Shown here: in pieces, positions 21,101 through 36,100 of the stretch
Position numbering within the stretch: the stretch's first letter is position 1
Layout: each line of letters begins with the position of its first letter
Assembly: GCA_964187785.1 (NCBI GenBank)
Contig: OZ076409.1
Coordinates: 8,558,001-8,622,000 of the forward strand
Direction: 5' to 3'
Source of the DNA: Amphiscolops sp. MND2022
Lineage: Eukaryota
DNA length: 64,000 nucleotides
Translations under genes and position numbers: made by a program
Notes under the pieces: generated by a model
What the model saw: the letters and a program-made list of their open reading frames with translations, nothing else
Databases searched by the model: none
Told to the model about the DNA's origin: nothing

Positions 21101-24100
21101 CAAAAAAGATGAGATTGGAGATTTTTTCAGTTGATTGAATTGAGGAGTTGATTGCAAAAACAACTAACGTTTCTGCTGAATTTGTAGAGTCTGCTGAATC
21201 TGCTGAACGTTGCTGAGTCTTGAGCTGCTGAATTTGTAAAGTCTGCTGAATCTGCTGAACGTTGCTGACTCTGGAGCTGCTGAATTTGTAGTTGCAATGC
21301 GACAGAATGAGTTTAAGCAATCGCTGATACTTGCTAATTTTTTCTCGGCTATTGTAACTTGATTGTGATTTGTAGTTGAAACGTTGGCGTGGGACATTTC
21401 CCGCCCCGCGCGGGAAAATTGCCCGTTTTCACTCGACGCGCGAGAAAAATTGCTGTTTTTCCCGCGCCGCGCGGGAAACTGCTCAATAATCCGTTAGTTG
21501 TTGTGAGAAATTGTGACCATAAGGCTGCCGTGCGGGAAATTCTCTTCGTGTTCTACCTATGAGACAGACATTTCCCGCCGCGCGCGGGAAATTCTCTTCG
21601 TGTTCTACTAATGAGACAGACATTTCCACCTCTGACACTGTCGCCATGTCGATTTCGTCTGGATAGAGATAATCTCCTTCCTCTGCGACATCAGCGACGT
21701 TGGTTACCCGTGATGGGGTGTTATCGTTTATTTCTCTGGAAAATCAAAATCAAACGATAATAACTTCAGTAATTTTCCTCAGAATTTTATTCGATAAAAA
21801 ACCAACATCGAAAGATCTTGCACTGGTTCCGACAAATCGAATTGGGGAAATTCCAGGTTGCTGATGCTAATTGGTGAAGACATTCCAAAACAGACAAAAA
21901 AGATGAGATTGAAGATTTTTTCAGTTGATTGAAATGAGGAGTTGATTGCAAAAACAACTAACGTTTCTGCTGAATTTGTAGAGTCTGTTGAACGTTGCTG
22001 AGTCTTGAGCTGCTGAATTTGTAAAGTCTTCTGAATCTGCTGAACGTTGCCGAGTCTGGAGCTGCTGAATTTGTAGTTGCAATGCGACAGAATGAGTTTA
22101 AACAATCGCTGATACTTGCTAATTTCTTCTCGGGTATTGTAACTTGATTGTGATTTGTAGTTGAAACGTTCGCATGGGACACTTCCCGCCCCGCGCGGGA
22201 AAATTGCTCGTTTCCACTCGACGCGCGAGAAAAATTGCTGATTTTCCCGCGCCGCGCGGGAAACTGCTCAATAATCCGTTAGTTGTTGTGAGAAATTGTG
22301 ACCATAAGGCTGCCGCGCGGGAAATTCTCTTCGTGTTCTACTAATGAGACACACATTTCCACCTCTGATACTGTCGTCATGTCGATTTCGTCTGGATAGA
22401 GGTGATCTCCTTCCTCTGCGACATCAGCGATGTTGGTTAGGGGTGATGGGGTGTTATCGTTTATTTCTCTGGAAAATCAAAATCAAACGATAATAACTTC
22501 AGTAATTTTCCTCAATTTTCTTCGATAAAAAACCAACATCGAAAGATCTTGCACTGGTTCCGACAAATCGAATTGGGGAAATTCCAGGTTGCTGATGCTA
22601 ATTGGTGAAGACATTCTAAAACAGACAAAAAAGATGAGATTGGAGATTTTTTCAGTTGATTGAATTGAGGAGTTGATTGCAAAAACAACTAACGTTTCTG
22701 CTGAATTTGTAGAGTCTGCTGAATCTGCTGAACGTTGCTGAGTCTTGACCTGTTGAATTTGTAAAGTGTGCTTAATCTGCTGAACGTTGCTGAGTCTGGA
22801 GCTGCTGAACTTGTAGTTGCAATGCGACAGAATGAGTTTAAGCAATCGCTGATACTTGCTAATTTCTTCTCGGGTATTGTAACTTGATTGTGATTTGTAG
22901 TTGAAACGATCGCGTTAGACACTTACCGCCTCGCGCGGGAAAACTGCTCGTTTCCACTCGACGCGCGAGAAAAATTGCTGATTTTCCCGCGCCGCGCGGG
23001 AAACTGCTCAATAACTCGTTAGTTGTTGAGAAATTGTGACCATAAGGCTGCCGCGCGGGAAAGTCTCTTCGTGTTCTACCTATGAGACAGACATTTCCCG
23101 CCGCGCGCGGGAAATTCTCTTCGTGTTCTATTAATGAGACAGACATTTCCACCTCTGACACTGTCGTCATGTCGATTTCGTCTGGATAGAGATAATCTCC
23201 TTCCTCTGCGACATCAGCGATGTTGGTTAGGGGTGATGGGGTGTTATCGTTTATTTCTCTGGAAAATCAAAATCAAACGATAATAACTTCAGTAATTTTC
23301 CTCAGAATTTTCTTCGATAAAAAACCAACATCGAAAGATCTTGCACTGGTTCCGACAAATCGAATTGGGGAAATTCCAGGTTGCTGATGCTAATTGGTGA
23401 AGACATTCTAAAACAGACAAAAAAAGATGAGATTGAAGATTTTTTCAGTTGATTGAATTGAGGAGTTGATTGCAAAAACAACTAACGTTTCTGCTGAATT
23501 TGTAGAGTCTGCTGAATCTGCTGAACGTTGCTGAGTCTTGACCTGTTGAATTTGTAAAGTGTGCTTAATCTGCTGAACGTTGCTGAGTCTGGAGCTGCTG
23601 AACTTGTAGTTGCAATGCGACAGAATGAGTTTAAGCAATCGCTGATACTTGCTAATTTCTTCTCGGGTATTGTAACTTGATTGTGATTTGTAGTTGAAAC
23701 GATCGCGTTGGACACTTACCGCCTCGCGCGGGAAAACTGCTCGTTTCCACTCGACGCGCGAGAAAAATTGCTGATTTTCCCGCGCCGCGCGGGAAACTGC
23801 TCAATAACTCGTTAGTTGTTGAGAAATTGTGACCATAAGGCTGCCGCGCGGGAAAGTCTCTTCGTGTTCTACCTATGAGACAGACATTTCCCGCCGCGCG
23901 CGGGAAATTCTCTTCGTGTTCTATTAATGAGACAGACATTTCCACCTCTGACACTGTCGTCATGTCGATTTCGTCTGGATAGAGATAATCTCCTTCCTCT
24001 GCGACATCAGCGATGTTGGTTAGGGGTGATGGGGTGTTATCGTTTATTTCTCTGGAAAATCAAAATCAAACGATAATAACTTCAGTAATTTTCCTCAGAA

Positions 24101-27100
24101 TTTTCTTCGATAAAAAACCAACATCGAAAGATCTTGCACTGGTTCCGACAAATCGAATTGGGGAAATTCCAGGTTGCTGATGCTAATTGGTGAAGACATT
24201 CTAAAACAGACAAAAAAAGATGAGATTGAAGATTTTTTCAGTTGATTGAATTGAGGAGTTGATTGCAAAAACAACTAACGTTTCTGCTGAATTTGTAGAG
24301 TCTGCTGAATCTGCTGAACGTTGCTGAGTCTTGAGCTGCTGAATTTGTAAAGTCTGCTGAACGTTGCTGAGTCTGGAGCTGCTGAATTTGTAGTTGCAGT
24401 GCGACAGAATGAGTTTAAGCAATCGCTGATACTTGCTAATTTTTTCTCGGGTATCGTAACTTGATTGTGATTTGTAGTTGAAACGTTCGCGTGGGACATT
24501 TCCCGCCCCGCGCGGGAAAATTGCTCGTTTTCACTCGACGCGCGAGAAAAATTGCTGTTTTTCCCGCGCCGCGCGGGAAACTGCTCAATAATCCGTTAGT
24601 TGTTGTGAGAAATTGTGACCATAAGGCTGCCGCGCGGGAAATTCTCTTCGTGTTCTACCTATGAGACAGACATTTCCCGCCGCGCGCGGGAAATTCTCTT
24701 CGTGTTCCACTAATGAGACAGACATTTCCACCTCTGACACTGTCGCCATGTCGATTTCGTCTGGATAGAAATAATCTCCTTCCTCTGCGACATCAGCGAC
24801 GTTGGTTACGGGTGATGGGGTGTTATCGTTTATTTCTCTGGAAATTCAAAATCAAACGATAATAACTTCAGTAATTTTCCTCAGAATTTTATTCGATAAA
24901 AAACCAACATCGAAAGATCTTGCACTGGTTCCGACAAATCGAATTGGGGAAATTCCAGGTTGCTGATGCTAATTGGTGAAGACATTCTAAAACAGACAAA
25001 AAAGTTGAGATTGAAGATTTTTTCAGTTGATTGAAATGAGGAGTTGATTGCAAAAACAACTAACGTTTCTGCTGAATTTGTAGAGTCTGCTGAACGTTGC
25101 TGAGTCTTGAGCTGCTGAATTGGTAAAGTCTTCTGAATCTGCTGAACGTTGCCGAGTCTGGAGCTGCTGAATTTGTAGTTGCAATGCGACAGAATGAGTT
25201 TAAACAATCGCTGATACTTGCTAATTTCTTCTCGGGTATTGTAACTTGATTGTGACTTGTAGTTGAAACGTTCGCGTGGGACACTTCCCGCCCCGCGCGG
25301 GAATATTGCTCGTTTCCACTCGACGCGCGAGAAAAATTGCTGATTTTCCCGCGCCGCGCAGGAAACTGCTCAATAATCCGTTAGTTGTTGTGAGAAATTG
25401 TGACCATAAGGCTGCCGCGCGGGAAATTCTCTTCGTGTTCTACTAATGAGACAGACATTTCCACCTCTGACACTGTCGCCATGTCGATTTCGTCTGGATA
25501 GAGATAATCTCCTTCCTCTGCAACATCGGCGATGTTGGTTAGGGGTGATGGGGTGCTATCGTTTATTTCTCTGCAAAATCAAAATCAAACGATAATAACT
25601 ACAGTAATTTTCCTCAGAATTTTCTTCGATAAAAAACCAACACCGGAAGATCTTGCACTGGTTCCGGCAAATCGAATTGGGGAAATTCCAGGTTGCTGAT
25701 GCTAATTGGTGAAGACATTCTAAAACAGACAAAAAAGATGAGATTGAAGATTTTTCAGTTGATTGAATTAAGGAGTTGATGGCAAAAACAACTAACGTTT
25801 CTGCTGAATTTGTAGAGTCTGCTGAATCTGCTGAACGTTGCTGAGTCTTGAGCTGCTGAATTTGTAAAGTCTGCTGAATCTGCTGAACGTTGCTGAGTCT
25901 TGACCTGCTGAATTTGTAGTTGCAATGCGACAGAATGAGTTTAAGCAATCGCTGATACTTGCTAATTTTTTCTCGGGTATTGTAACTTGATTGTGATTTG
26001 TAGTTGAAACGATCGCGTGGGACACTTCCCGCCCCGCGCGGGAAAATTGCTCGTTTCCACTCGACGCGCGAGAAAAATTGCTGATTTTCCCGCGCCGCGC
26101 GGGAAACTGCTCAATAACCCGTTAGATGTTGTGAGAAATTGTGACCATAAGGCTGCCGCGCGGGAAATTCTCCTGGTGTTCTACCTATGAGAAAGACATT
26201 TCCCGCCGCGCGCGGGAAATTCTCTTCGTGTTCTACTAATGAGACAGACATTTCCACCTCTGACACTGTCGCCATGTCGATTTCGTCTGGATAGAGATAA
26301 TCTCCTTCCTCTGCAACATCAGCGATGTTGGTTAGGGGTGATGGGGTGTTATCGTTTATTTCTCTGCAAAATCAAAATCAAACGATAATAACTACAGTAA
26401 TTTTCCTCAGAATTTTCTTCGATAAAACAACACCGGAAGATCTTGCACTGGTTCTGACAAATCGAATTGGGGAAATTCCAGGTTGCTGATGCTTATTGGT
26501 GAAGACATTCTAAAACAGACAAAAAAGATGAGATTGAAGATTTTTTCAGTTGATTGAAATGAGGAGTTGATTGCAAAAACAACTAACGTTTCTGCTGAAT
26601 TTGTAGAGTCTGCTGAACGTTGCTGAGTCTTGAGCTGCTGAATTTGTAAAGTCTTCTGAATCTGCTGAACGTGCCGAGTCTGGAGCTGCTGAATTTGTAG
26701 TTGTAATGCGACAGAATGAGTTTAAACAATCGCTGATACTTGCTAATTTCTTCTCGGATATTGTAACTTGATTGTGATTTGTAGTTGAAACGTTCGCGTG
26801 GGACACTTCCCGCCCCGCGCGGGAAAATTGCTCGTTTTCACTCGACGCGCGAGAAAAATTTGCTGATTTTCCCGCGCCGCGCGGGGAAACTGCTCAATAA
26901 TCCGTTAGTTGTTGTGAGAAATTGTGACCATAAGGCTGCCGCGCGGGAAAGTCTCTTCGTGTTCTACCTATGAGACAGACATTTTCCGCCGCGCGCGGGA
27001 AATTCTCTTCGTGTTCTACTAATGAGACAGACATTCCCACCTCTGACACTGTCGCCATGTCGATTTCGTCTGGATAGAGATAATCTCCTTCCTCTGCGAC

Positions 27101-30100
27101 ATCAGCGATGTTGGTTAGGGGTGATGGGGGTGTTATCGTTTATTTCTCTGGAAAATCAAAATCAAACGATAATAACTTGAGTAATTTTCCTCAGAATTTT
27201 CTTCGATGAAAAACCAACATCGAAAGATCTTGCACTGGTTCCGACAAATCGAATTGGGGAAATTCCAGGTTGCTGATGCTAATTGGTGAAGACATTCTAA
27301 AACAGACAGAAAAGATGAGATTGAAGATTTTTTCAGTTGATTGAATTGAGGAGTTGATTGCAAAAACAACTAACGTTTCTGCTGAATTTGTAGAGTCTGC
27401 TGAATCTGCTGAACGTTGCTGAGTCTTGAGCTGCTGAATTTGTAAAGTCTGCTGAACGTTGCTGAGTCTGGAGCTGCTGAATTTGTAGTTGCAATGCGAC
27501 AGAATGAGTTTAAGCAATCGCTGATACTTGCTAATTTTTTCTCGGGTATTGTAACTTGATTGTGATTTGTAGTTGAAACGTTCGCGTGGGACATTTCCCG
27601 CCCCGCGCGGGAAAATTGCTCGTTTTCACTCGACGCGCGAGAAAAATTGCTGTTTTTCCCGCGCCGCGCGGGAAACTGCTCAATAATCCGTTAGTTGTTG
27701 TGAGAAATTGTGACCATAAGGCTGCCGCGCGGGAAATTCTCTTCGTGTTCTACCTATGAGACAGACATTTCCCGCCGCGCGCGGGAAATTCTCTTCGTGT
27801 TCTACTAATGAGACAGACATTTCCACCTCTGACACTGTCGCCATGTTGATTTCGTCTGGATAGAGATAATCTTCTTCCTCTGCGACATCAGCGACGTTGG
27901 TTACGGGTGATAGGGTGTTATCGTTTATTTCTCTGGAAAATCAAAATCAAACGATAATAACTACAGTAATTTTCCTCAGAATTTTCTTCGATAAAAAACC
28001 AACACCGGAAGATCTTGCACTGGTTCCGACAAATCGAATTGGGGAAATTCCAGGTTGCTGATGCTTATTGGTGAAGACATTCTAAAACAGACAAAAAAGA
28101 TGAGATTGAAGATTTTTTCAGTTGATTGAAATGAGGAGTTGATTGCAAAAACAACTAACGTTTCTGCTGAATTTGTAGAGTCTGCTGAACGTTGCTGAGT
28201 CTTGAGCTGCTGAATTTGTAAAGTCTTCTGAATCTGCTGAACGTGCCGAGTCTGGAGCTGCTGAATTTGTAGTTGTAATGCGACAGAATGAGTTTAAACA
28301 ATCGCTGATACTTGCTAATTTCTTCTCGGATATTGTAACTTGATTGTGATTTGTAGTTGAAACGTTCGCGTGGGACACTTCCCGCCCCGCGCGGGAAAAT
28401 TGCTCGTTTTCACTCGACGCGCGAGAAAAATTTGCTGATTTTCCCGCGCCGCGCGGGGAAACTGCTCAATAATCCGTTAGTTGTTGTGAGAAATTGTGAC
28501 CATAAGGCTGCCGCGCGGGAAATTCTCTTCGTGTTCTACCTATGAGACAGACATTTCCCGCCGCGCGCGGGAAATTCTCTTCGTGTTCTACTAATGAGAC
28601 AGACATTTCCACCTCTGACACTGTCGCCATGTCGATTTCGTCTGGATAGAGATAATCTTCTTCCTCTGCGACATCAGCGACGTTGGTTACGGGTGATAGG
28701 GTGTTATCGTTTATTTCTCTGGAAAATCAAAATCAAACGATAATAACTACAGTAATTTTCCTCAGAATTTTCTTCGATAAAAAACCAACACCGGAAGATC
28801 TTGCACTGGTTCCGACAAATCGAATTGGGGAAATTCCAGGTTGCTGATGCTTATTGGTGAAGACATTCTAAAACAGACAAAAAAGATGAGATTGAAGATT
28901 TTTTCAGTTGATTGAAATGAGGAGTTGATTGCAAAAACAACTAACGTTTCTGCTGAATTTGTAGAGTCTGCTGAACGTTGCTGAGTCTTGAGCTGCTGAA
29001 TTTGTAAAGTCTTCTGAATCTGCTGAACGTGCCGAGTCTGGAGCTGCTGAATTTGTAGTTGTAATGCGACAGAATGAGTTTAAACAATCGATGATACTTG
29101 CTAATTTCTTCTCGGATATTGTAACTTGATTGTGATTTGTAGTTGAAACGTTCGCGTGGGACACTTCCCGCCCCGCGCGGGAAAATTGCTCGTTTTCACT
29201 CGACGCGCGAGAAAAATTTGCTGATTTTCCCGCGCCGCGCGGGGAAACTGCTCAATAATCCGTTAGTTGTTGTGAGAAATTGTGACCATAAGGCTGCCGC
29301 GCGGGAAAGTCTCTTCGTGTTCTACCTATGAGACAGACATTTTCCGCCGCGCGCGGGAAATTCTCTTCGTGTTCTACTAATGAGACAGACATTCCCACCT
29401 CTGACACTGTCGCCATGTCGATTTCGTCTGGATAGAGATAATCTCCTTCCTCTGCGACATCAGCGATGTTGGTTAGGGGTGATGGGGGTGTTATCGTTTA
29501 TTTCTCTGGAAAATCAAAATCAAACGATAATTTCAGTAATTTTCCTCAGAATTTTCTTCGATGAAAAACCAACATCGAAAGATCTTGCACTGGTTCCGAC
29601 AAATCGAATTGGGGAAATTCCAGGTTGCTGATGCTAATTGGTGAAGACATTCTAAAACAGACAAAAAAGATGAGATTGAAGATTTTTTCAGTTGATTGAA
29701 TTGAGGAGTTGATTGCAAAAACAACTAACGTTTCTGCTGAATTTGTAGAGTCTGCTGAATCTGCTGAACGTTGCTGAGTCTTGAGCTGCTGAATTTGTAA
29801 AGTCTGCTGAACGTTGCTGAGTCTGGAGCTGCTGAATTTGTAGTTGCAATGCGACAGAATGAGCTTAAGCAATCGCTGATACTTGCTAATTTTTTCTCGG
29901 GTATTGTAACTTGATTGTGATTTGTAGTTGAAACGTTCGCGTGGGACATTTCCCGCCCCGCGCGGGAAAATTGCTCGTTTTCACTCGACGCGCGAGAAAA
30001 ATTGCTGTTTTTCCCGCGCCGCGCGGGAAACTGGTCAATAATCCGTTAGTTGTTGTGAGAAATTGTGACCATAAGGCTGCCGCGCGGGAAATTCTCTTCG

Positions 30101-33100
30101 TGTTCTACCTATGAGACAGACATTTCCCGCCGCGCGCGGGAAATTCTCTTCGTGTTCTACTAATGAGACAGACATTTCCACCTCTGACACTGTCGCCATG
30201 TCGATTTCGTCTGGATAGAGATAATCTCCTTCCTCTGCGACATCAGCGACGTTGGTTACGGGTGATAGGGTGTTATCGTTTATTTCTCTGGAAAATCAAA
30301 ATCAAACGATAATAACTTCAGTAATTTTCCTCAGAATTTTATTCGATAAAAAACCAACATCGAAAGATCTTGCACTGGTTCCGACAAATCGAATTGGGGA
30401 AATTCCAGGTTGCTGATGCTAATTGGTGAAGACATTCTAAAACAGACAAAAAAGATGAGATTGAAGATTTTTTCAGTTGATTGCAAAACAACTAACGTTT
30501 CTGCTGAATTTGTAGAGTCTGCTGAACGTTGCTGAGTCTTGAGCTGCTGAATTTGTAAAGTCTTCTGAATCTGCTGAACGTTGCCGAGTCTGGAGCTGCT
30601 GAATTTGTAGTTGCAATGCGACAGAATGAGTTTAAGCAATCGCTGATACTTGCTAATTTTTTCTCGGGTATTGTAACTTGATTGTGATTTGTAGTTGAAA
30701 CGTTCGCGTGGGACATTTCCCGCCCCGCGCGGGAAAATTGCTCGTTTTCACTCGACGCGCGAGAAAAATTGCTGTTTTTCCCGCGCCGCGCCGGAAACTG
30801 CTCAATAATCCGTTAGTTGTTGTGAGAAATTGTGACCATAAGGCTGCCGCGCGGGAAATTCTCTTCGTGTTCTACCTATGAGACAGACATTTCCCGCCGC
30901 GCGCGGGAAATTCTCTTCGTGTTCCACTAATGAGACAGACATTTCCACCTCTGACACTGTCGCCATGTCGATTTCGTCTGGATAGAAATAATCTCCTTCC
31001 TCTGCGACATCAGCGACGTTGGTTACGGGTGATGGGGTGTTATCGTTTATTTCTCTGGAAAATCAAAATCAAACGATAATAACTTCAGTAATTTTTCTCA
31101 GAATTTTCTTCGATAAAAAACCAACATCGAAAGATCTTGCACTGGTTCCGACAAATCGAATTGGGGAAATTCCAGGTTGCTGATGCTAATTGGTGAAGAC
31201 ATTCTAAAACAGACAAAAAAAGATGAGATTGAAGATTTTTTCAGTTGATTGAATTGAGGAGTTGATTGCAAAAACAACTAACGTTTCTGCTGAATTTGTA
31301 GAGTCTGCTGAATCTGCTGAACGTTGCTGAGTCTTGAGCTGCTGAATTTGTAAAGTCTGCTGAACGTTGCTGAGTCTGGAGCTGCTGAATTTGTAGTTGC
31401 AATGCGACAGAATGAGTTTAAGCAATCGCTGATACTTGCTAATTTTTTCTCGGGTATTGTAACTTGATTGTGATTTGTAGTTGAAACGTTCGCGTGGGAC
31501 ATTTCCCGCCCCGCGCGGGAAAATTGCTCGTTTTCACTCGACGCGCGAGAAAAATTGCTGTTTTTCCCGCGCCGCGCCGGAAACTGCTCAATAATCCGTT
31601 AGTTGTTGTGAGAAATTGTGACCATAAGGCTGCCGCGCGGGAAATTCTCTTCGTGTTCTACCTATGAGACAGACATTTCCCGCCGCGCGCGGGAAATTCT
31701 CTTCGTGTTCCACTAATGAGACAGACATTTCCACCTCTGACACTGTCGCCATGTCGATTTCGTCTGGATAGAAATAATCTCCTTCCTCTGCGACATCAGC
31801 GACGTTGGTTACGGGTGATGGGGTGTTATCGTTTATTTCTCTGGAAAATCAAAATCAAACGATAATAACTTCAGTAATTTTCCTCAGAATTTTATTCGAT
31901 AAAAAACCAACATCGAAAGATCTTGCACTGGTTCCGACAAATCGAATTGGGGAAATTCCAGGTTGCTGATGCTAATTGGTGAAGACATTCTAAAACAGAC
32001 AAAAAAGATGAGATTGAAGATTTTTTCAGTTGATTGAAATGAGGAGTTGATTGCAAAAACAACTAACGTTTCTGCTGAATTTGTAGAGTCTGCTGAACGT
32101 TGCTGAGTCTTGAGCTGCTGAATTGGTAAAGTCTTCTGAATCTGCTGAACGTTGACGAGTCTGGAGCTGCTGAATTTGTAGTTGCAATGCGACAGAATGA
32201 GTTTGAAAAATCGCTGATACTTGCTAATTTCTTCTCGGGTATTGTAACTTGATTGTGATTTGTAGTTGAAACGTTCGCGTGGGACACTTCCCGCCCCGCG
32301 CGGGAATATTGCTCGTTTCCACTCGACGCGCGAGAAAAATTGCTGATTTTCCCGCGCCGCGCGGGAAACTGCTCAATATTCCGTTAGTTATTGTGAGAAA
32401 TTGTGACCATAAGGCTGCCGCGCGGGAAATTCTCTTCGTGTTCTACTAATGAGACAGACATTTCCACCTCTGACACTGTCGTCATGTCGATTTCGTCTGG
32501 ATAGAGGTGATCTCCTTCCTCTGCGACATCAGCGATGTTGGTTAGGGGTGATGGGGTGTTATCGTTCATTTCTCTGGAAAATCAAAATCAAACGATAATA
32601 ACTTCAGTAATTTTCCTCAGAATTTTATTCGATAAAAAACCATTATCGAAAGATATTGCACTGGTTCCGACAAATCGAATTGGGGGAAATTCCAGGTTGC
32701 TGATGCTAATTGGTGAAGACATTCTAAAACACACAAAAAAGATGAGATTGAAGATTTTTTCAGTTGATTGAAATGAGGAGTTGATTGCAAAAACAACTAA
32801 CGTTTCTGCTGAATTTGTAGAGTCTGCTGAATCTGCTGAACGTTGCTGAGTCTTGACCTGCTGAATTTGTAAAGTTTGCTTAATCTGCTGAACGTTGCTG
32901 AGTCTGGAGCTGCTGAACTTGTAGTTGCAATGCGACAGAATGAGTTTAAGCAATCGCTGATACTTGCTAATTTTTTCTCGGGTATTGTAACTTGATTGTG
33001 ATTTGTAGTTGAAACGATCGCGTGGGACACTTCCCGCCCCGCGCGGGAAAATTGCGTTTCCACTCGACGCGCGAGAAAAATTGCTGATTTTCCCGCGCCG

Positions 33101-36100
33101 CTCGGGAAACTGCTCAATAACCCGTTAGATGTTGTGAGAAATTGTGACCATAAGGCTGCCGCGCGGGAAATTCTCCTGGTGTTCTACCTATGAGAAAGAC
33201 ATTTCCCGCCGCGCGCGGGAAATTCTCTTCGTGTTCTACTAATGAGACAGACATTTCCACCTCTGACACTGTCTCCATGTCGATTTCGTCTGGATAAAGA
33301 TAATCTCCTTCCTCTGCAACATCAGCGATGTTGGTTAGGGGTGATGGGGTGTTATCGTTTATTTCTCTGCAAAATCAAAATCAAACGATAATAACTACAG
33401 TAATTTTCCTCAGAATTTTCTTCGATAAAAAACCAACACCGGAAGATCTTGCACTGGTTCCGACAAATCGAATAGGGGAAATTCCAGGTTGCTGATGCTA
33501 ATTGGTGAAGACATTCTAAAACAGACAAAAAAGATGAGATTGAAGATTTTTCAGTTGATTGAATTAAGGAGTTGATGGCAAAAACAACTAACGTTTCTGC
33601 TGAATTTGTAGAGGCTGCTGAATCTGCTGAACGTTGCTGAGTCTTGAGCTGCTGAATTTGTAAAGTCTGCTGAATCTGCTGAACGTTGCTGAGTCTGGAG
33701 CTGCTGAATTTGTAGTTGCAATGCGACAGAATGAGTTTAAGCAATCGCTGATACTTGCTAATTTTTTCTCGGGTATTGTAACTTGATTGTGATTTGTAGT
33801 TGAAACGTTCGCGTGGGACATTTCCCGCCCCGCGCGCGAAAATTGCTCGTTTTCACTCGACGCGCGAGAAAAATTGCTGATTTTCCCGCGCCGCGCGGGA
33901 AACTGCTCAATAATCCGTTAGTTGTTGTGAGAAATTGTGACCATAAGGCTGCCGCGCGGGAAATTCTCTCCGTGTTCTACTAATGAGACAGACATTTCCA
34001 CCTCTGACACTGTCGTCATGTCGATTTCGTCTGGATAGAGGTGATCTCCTTCCTCTGCGACATCAGCGATGTTGGTTAGGGGTGATGGGGTGTTATCGTT
34101 CATTTCTCTGGAAAATCAAAATCAAACGATAATAACTTCAGTAATTTTCCTCAGAATTTTATTCGATAAAAAACCATTATCGAAAGATATTGCACTGGTT
34201 CCGACAAATCGAATTGGGGGAAATTCCAGGTTGCTGATGCTAATTGGTGAAGACATTCTAAAACACACAAAAAAGATGAGATTGAAGATTTTTTCAGTTG
34301 ATTGAAATGAGGAGTTGATTGCAAAAACAACTAACGTTTCTGCTGAATTTGTAGAGTCTGCTGAATCTGCTGAACGTTGCTGAGTCTTGACCTGCTGAAT
34401 TTGTAAAGTTTGCTTAATCTGCTGAACGTTGCTGAGTCTGGAGCTGCTGAACTTGTAGTTGCAATGCGACAGAATGAGTTTAAGCAATCGCTGATACTTG
34501 CTAATTTTTTCTCGGGTATTGTAACTTGATTGTGATTTGTAGTTGAAACGATCGCGTGGGACACTTCCCGCCCCGCGCGGGAAAATTGCGTTTCCACTCG
34601 ACGCGCGAGAAAAATTGCTGATTTTCCCGCGCCGCGCGGGAAACTGCTCAATAACCCGTTAGATGTTGTGAGAAATTGTGACCATAAGGCTGCCGCGCGG
34701 GAAATTCTCCTGGTGTTCTACCTATGAGAAAGACATTTCCCGCCGCGCGCGGGAAATTCTCTTCGTGTTCTACTAATGAGACAGACATTTCCACCTCTGA
34801 CACTGTCTCCATGTCGATTTCGTCTGGATAAAGATAATCTCCTTCCTCTGCAACATCAGCGATGTTGGTTAGGGGTGATGGGGTGTTATCGTTCATTTCT
34901 CTGGAAAATCAAAATCAAACGATAATAACTTCAGTAATTTTCCTCAGAATTTTATTCGATAAAAAACCATTATCGAAAGATATTGCACTGGTTCCGACAA
35001 ATCGAATTGGGGGAAATTCCAGGTTGCTGATGCTAATTGGTGAAGACATTCTAAAACACACAAAAAAGATGAGATTGAAGATTTTTTCAGTTGATTGAAA
35101 TGAGGAGTTGATTGCAAAAACAACTAACGTTTCTGCTGAATTTGTAGAGTCTGCTGAATCTGCTGAACGTTGCTGAGTCTTGACCTGCTGAATTTGTAAA
35201 GTTTGCTTAATCTGCTGAACGTTGCTGAGTCTGGAGCTGCTGAACTTGTAGTTGCAATGCGACAGAATGAGTTTAAGCAATCGCTGATACTTGCTAATTT
35301 TTTCTCGGGTATTGTAACTTGATTGTGATTTGTAGTTGAAACGATCGCGTGGGACACTTCCCGCCCCGCGCGGGAAAATTGCGTTTCCACTCGACGCGCG
35401 AGAAAAATTGCTGATTTTCCCGCGCCGCTCGGGAAACTGCTCAATAACCCGTTAGATGTTGTGAGAAATTGTGACCATAAGGCTGCCGCGCGGGAAATTC
35501 TCCTGGTGTTCTACCTATGAGAAAGACATTTCCCGCCGCGCGCGGGAAATTCTCTTCGTGTTCTACTAATGAGACAGACATTTCCACCTCTGACACTGTC
35601 TCCATGTCGATTTCGTCTGGATAAAGATAATCTCCTTCCTCTGCAACATCAGCGATGTTGGTTAGGGGTGATGGGGTGTTATCGTTTATTTCTCTGCAAA
35701 ATCAAAATCAAACGATAATAACTACAGTAATTTTCCTCAGAATTTTCTTCGATAAAAAACCAACACCGGAAGATCTTGCACTGGTTCCGACAAATCGAAT
35801 AGGGGAAATTCCAGGTTGCTGATGCTAATTGGTGAAGACATTCTAAAACAGACAAAAAAGATGAGATTGAAGATTTTTCAGTTGATTGAATTAAGGAGTT
35901 GATGGCAAAAACAACTAACGTTTCTGCTGAATTTGTAGAGGCTGCTGAATCTGCTGAACGTTGCTGAGTCTTGAGCTGCTGAATTTGTAAAGTCTGCTGA
36001 ATCTGCTGAACGTTGCTGAGTCTGGAGCTGCTGAATTTGTAGTTGCAATGCGACAGAATGAGTTTAAGCAATCGCTGATACTTGCTAATTTTTTCTCGGG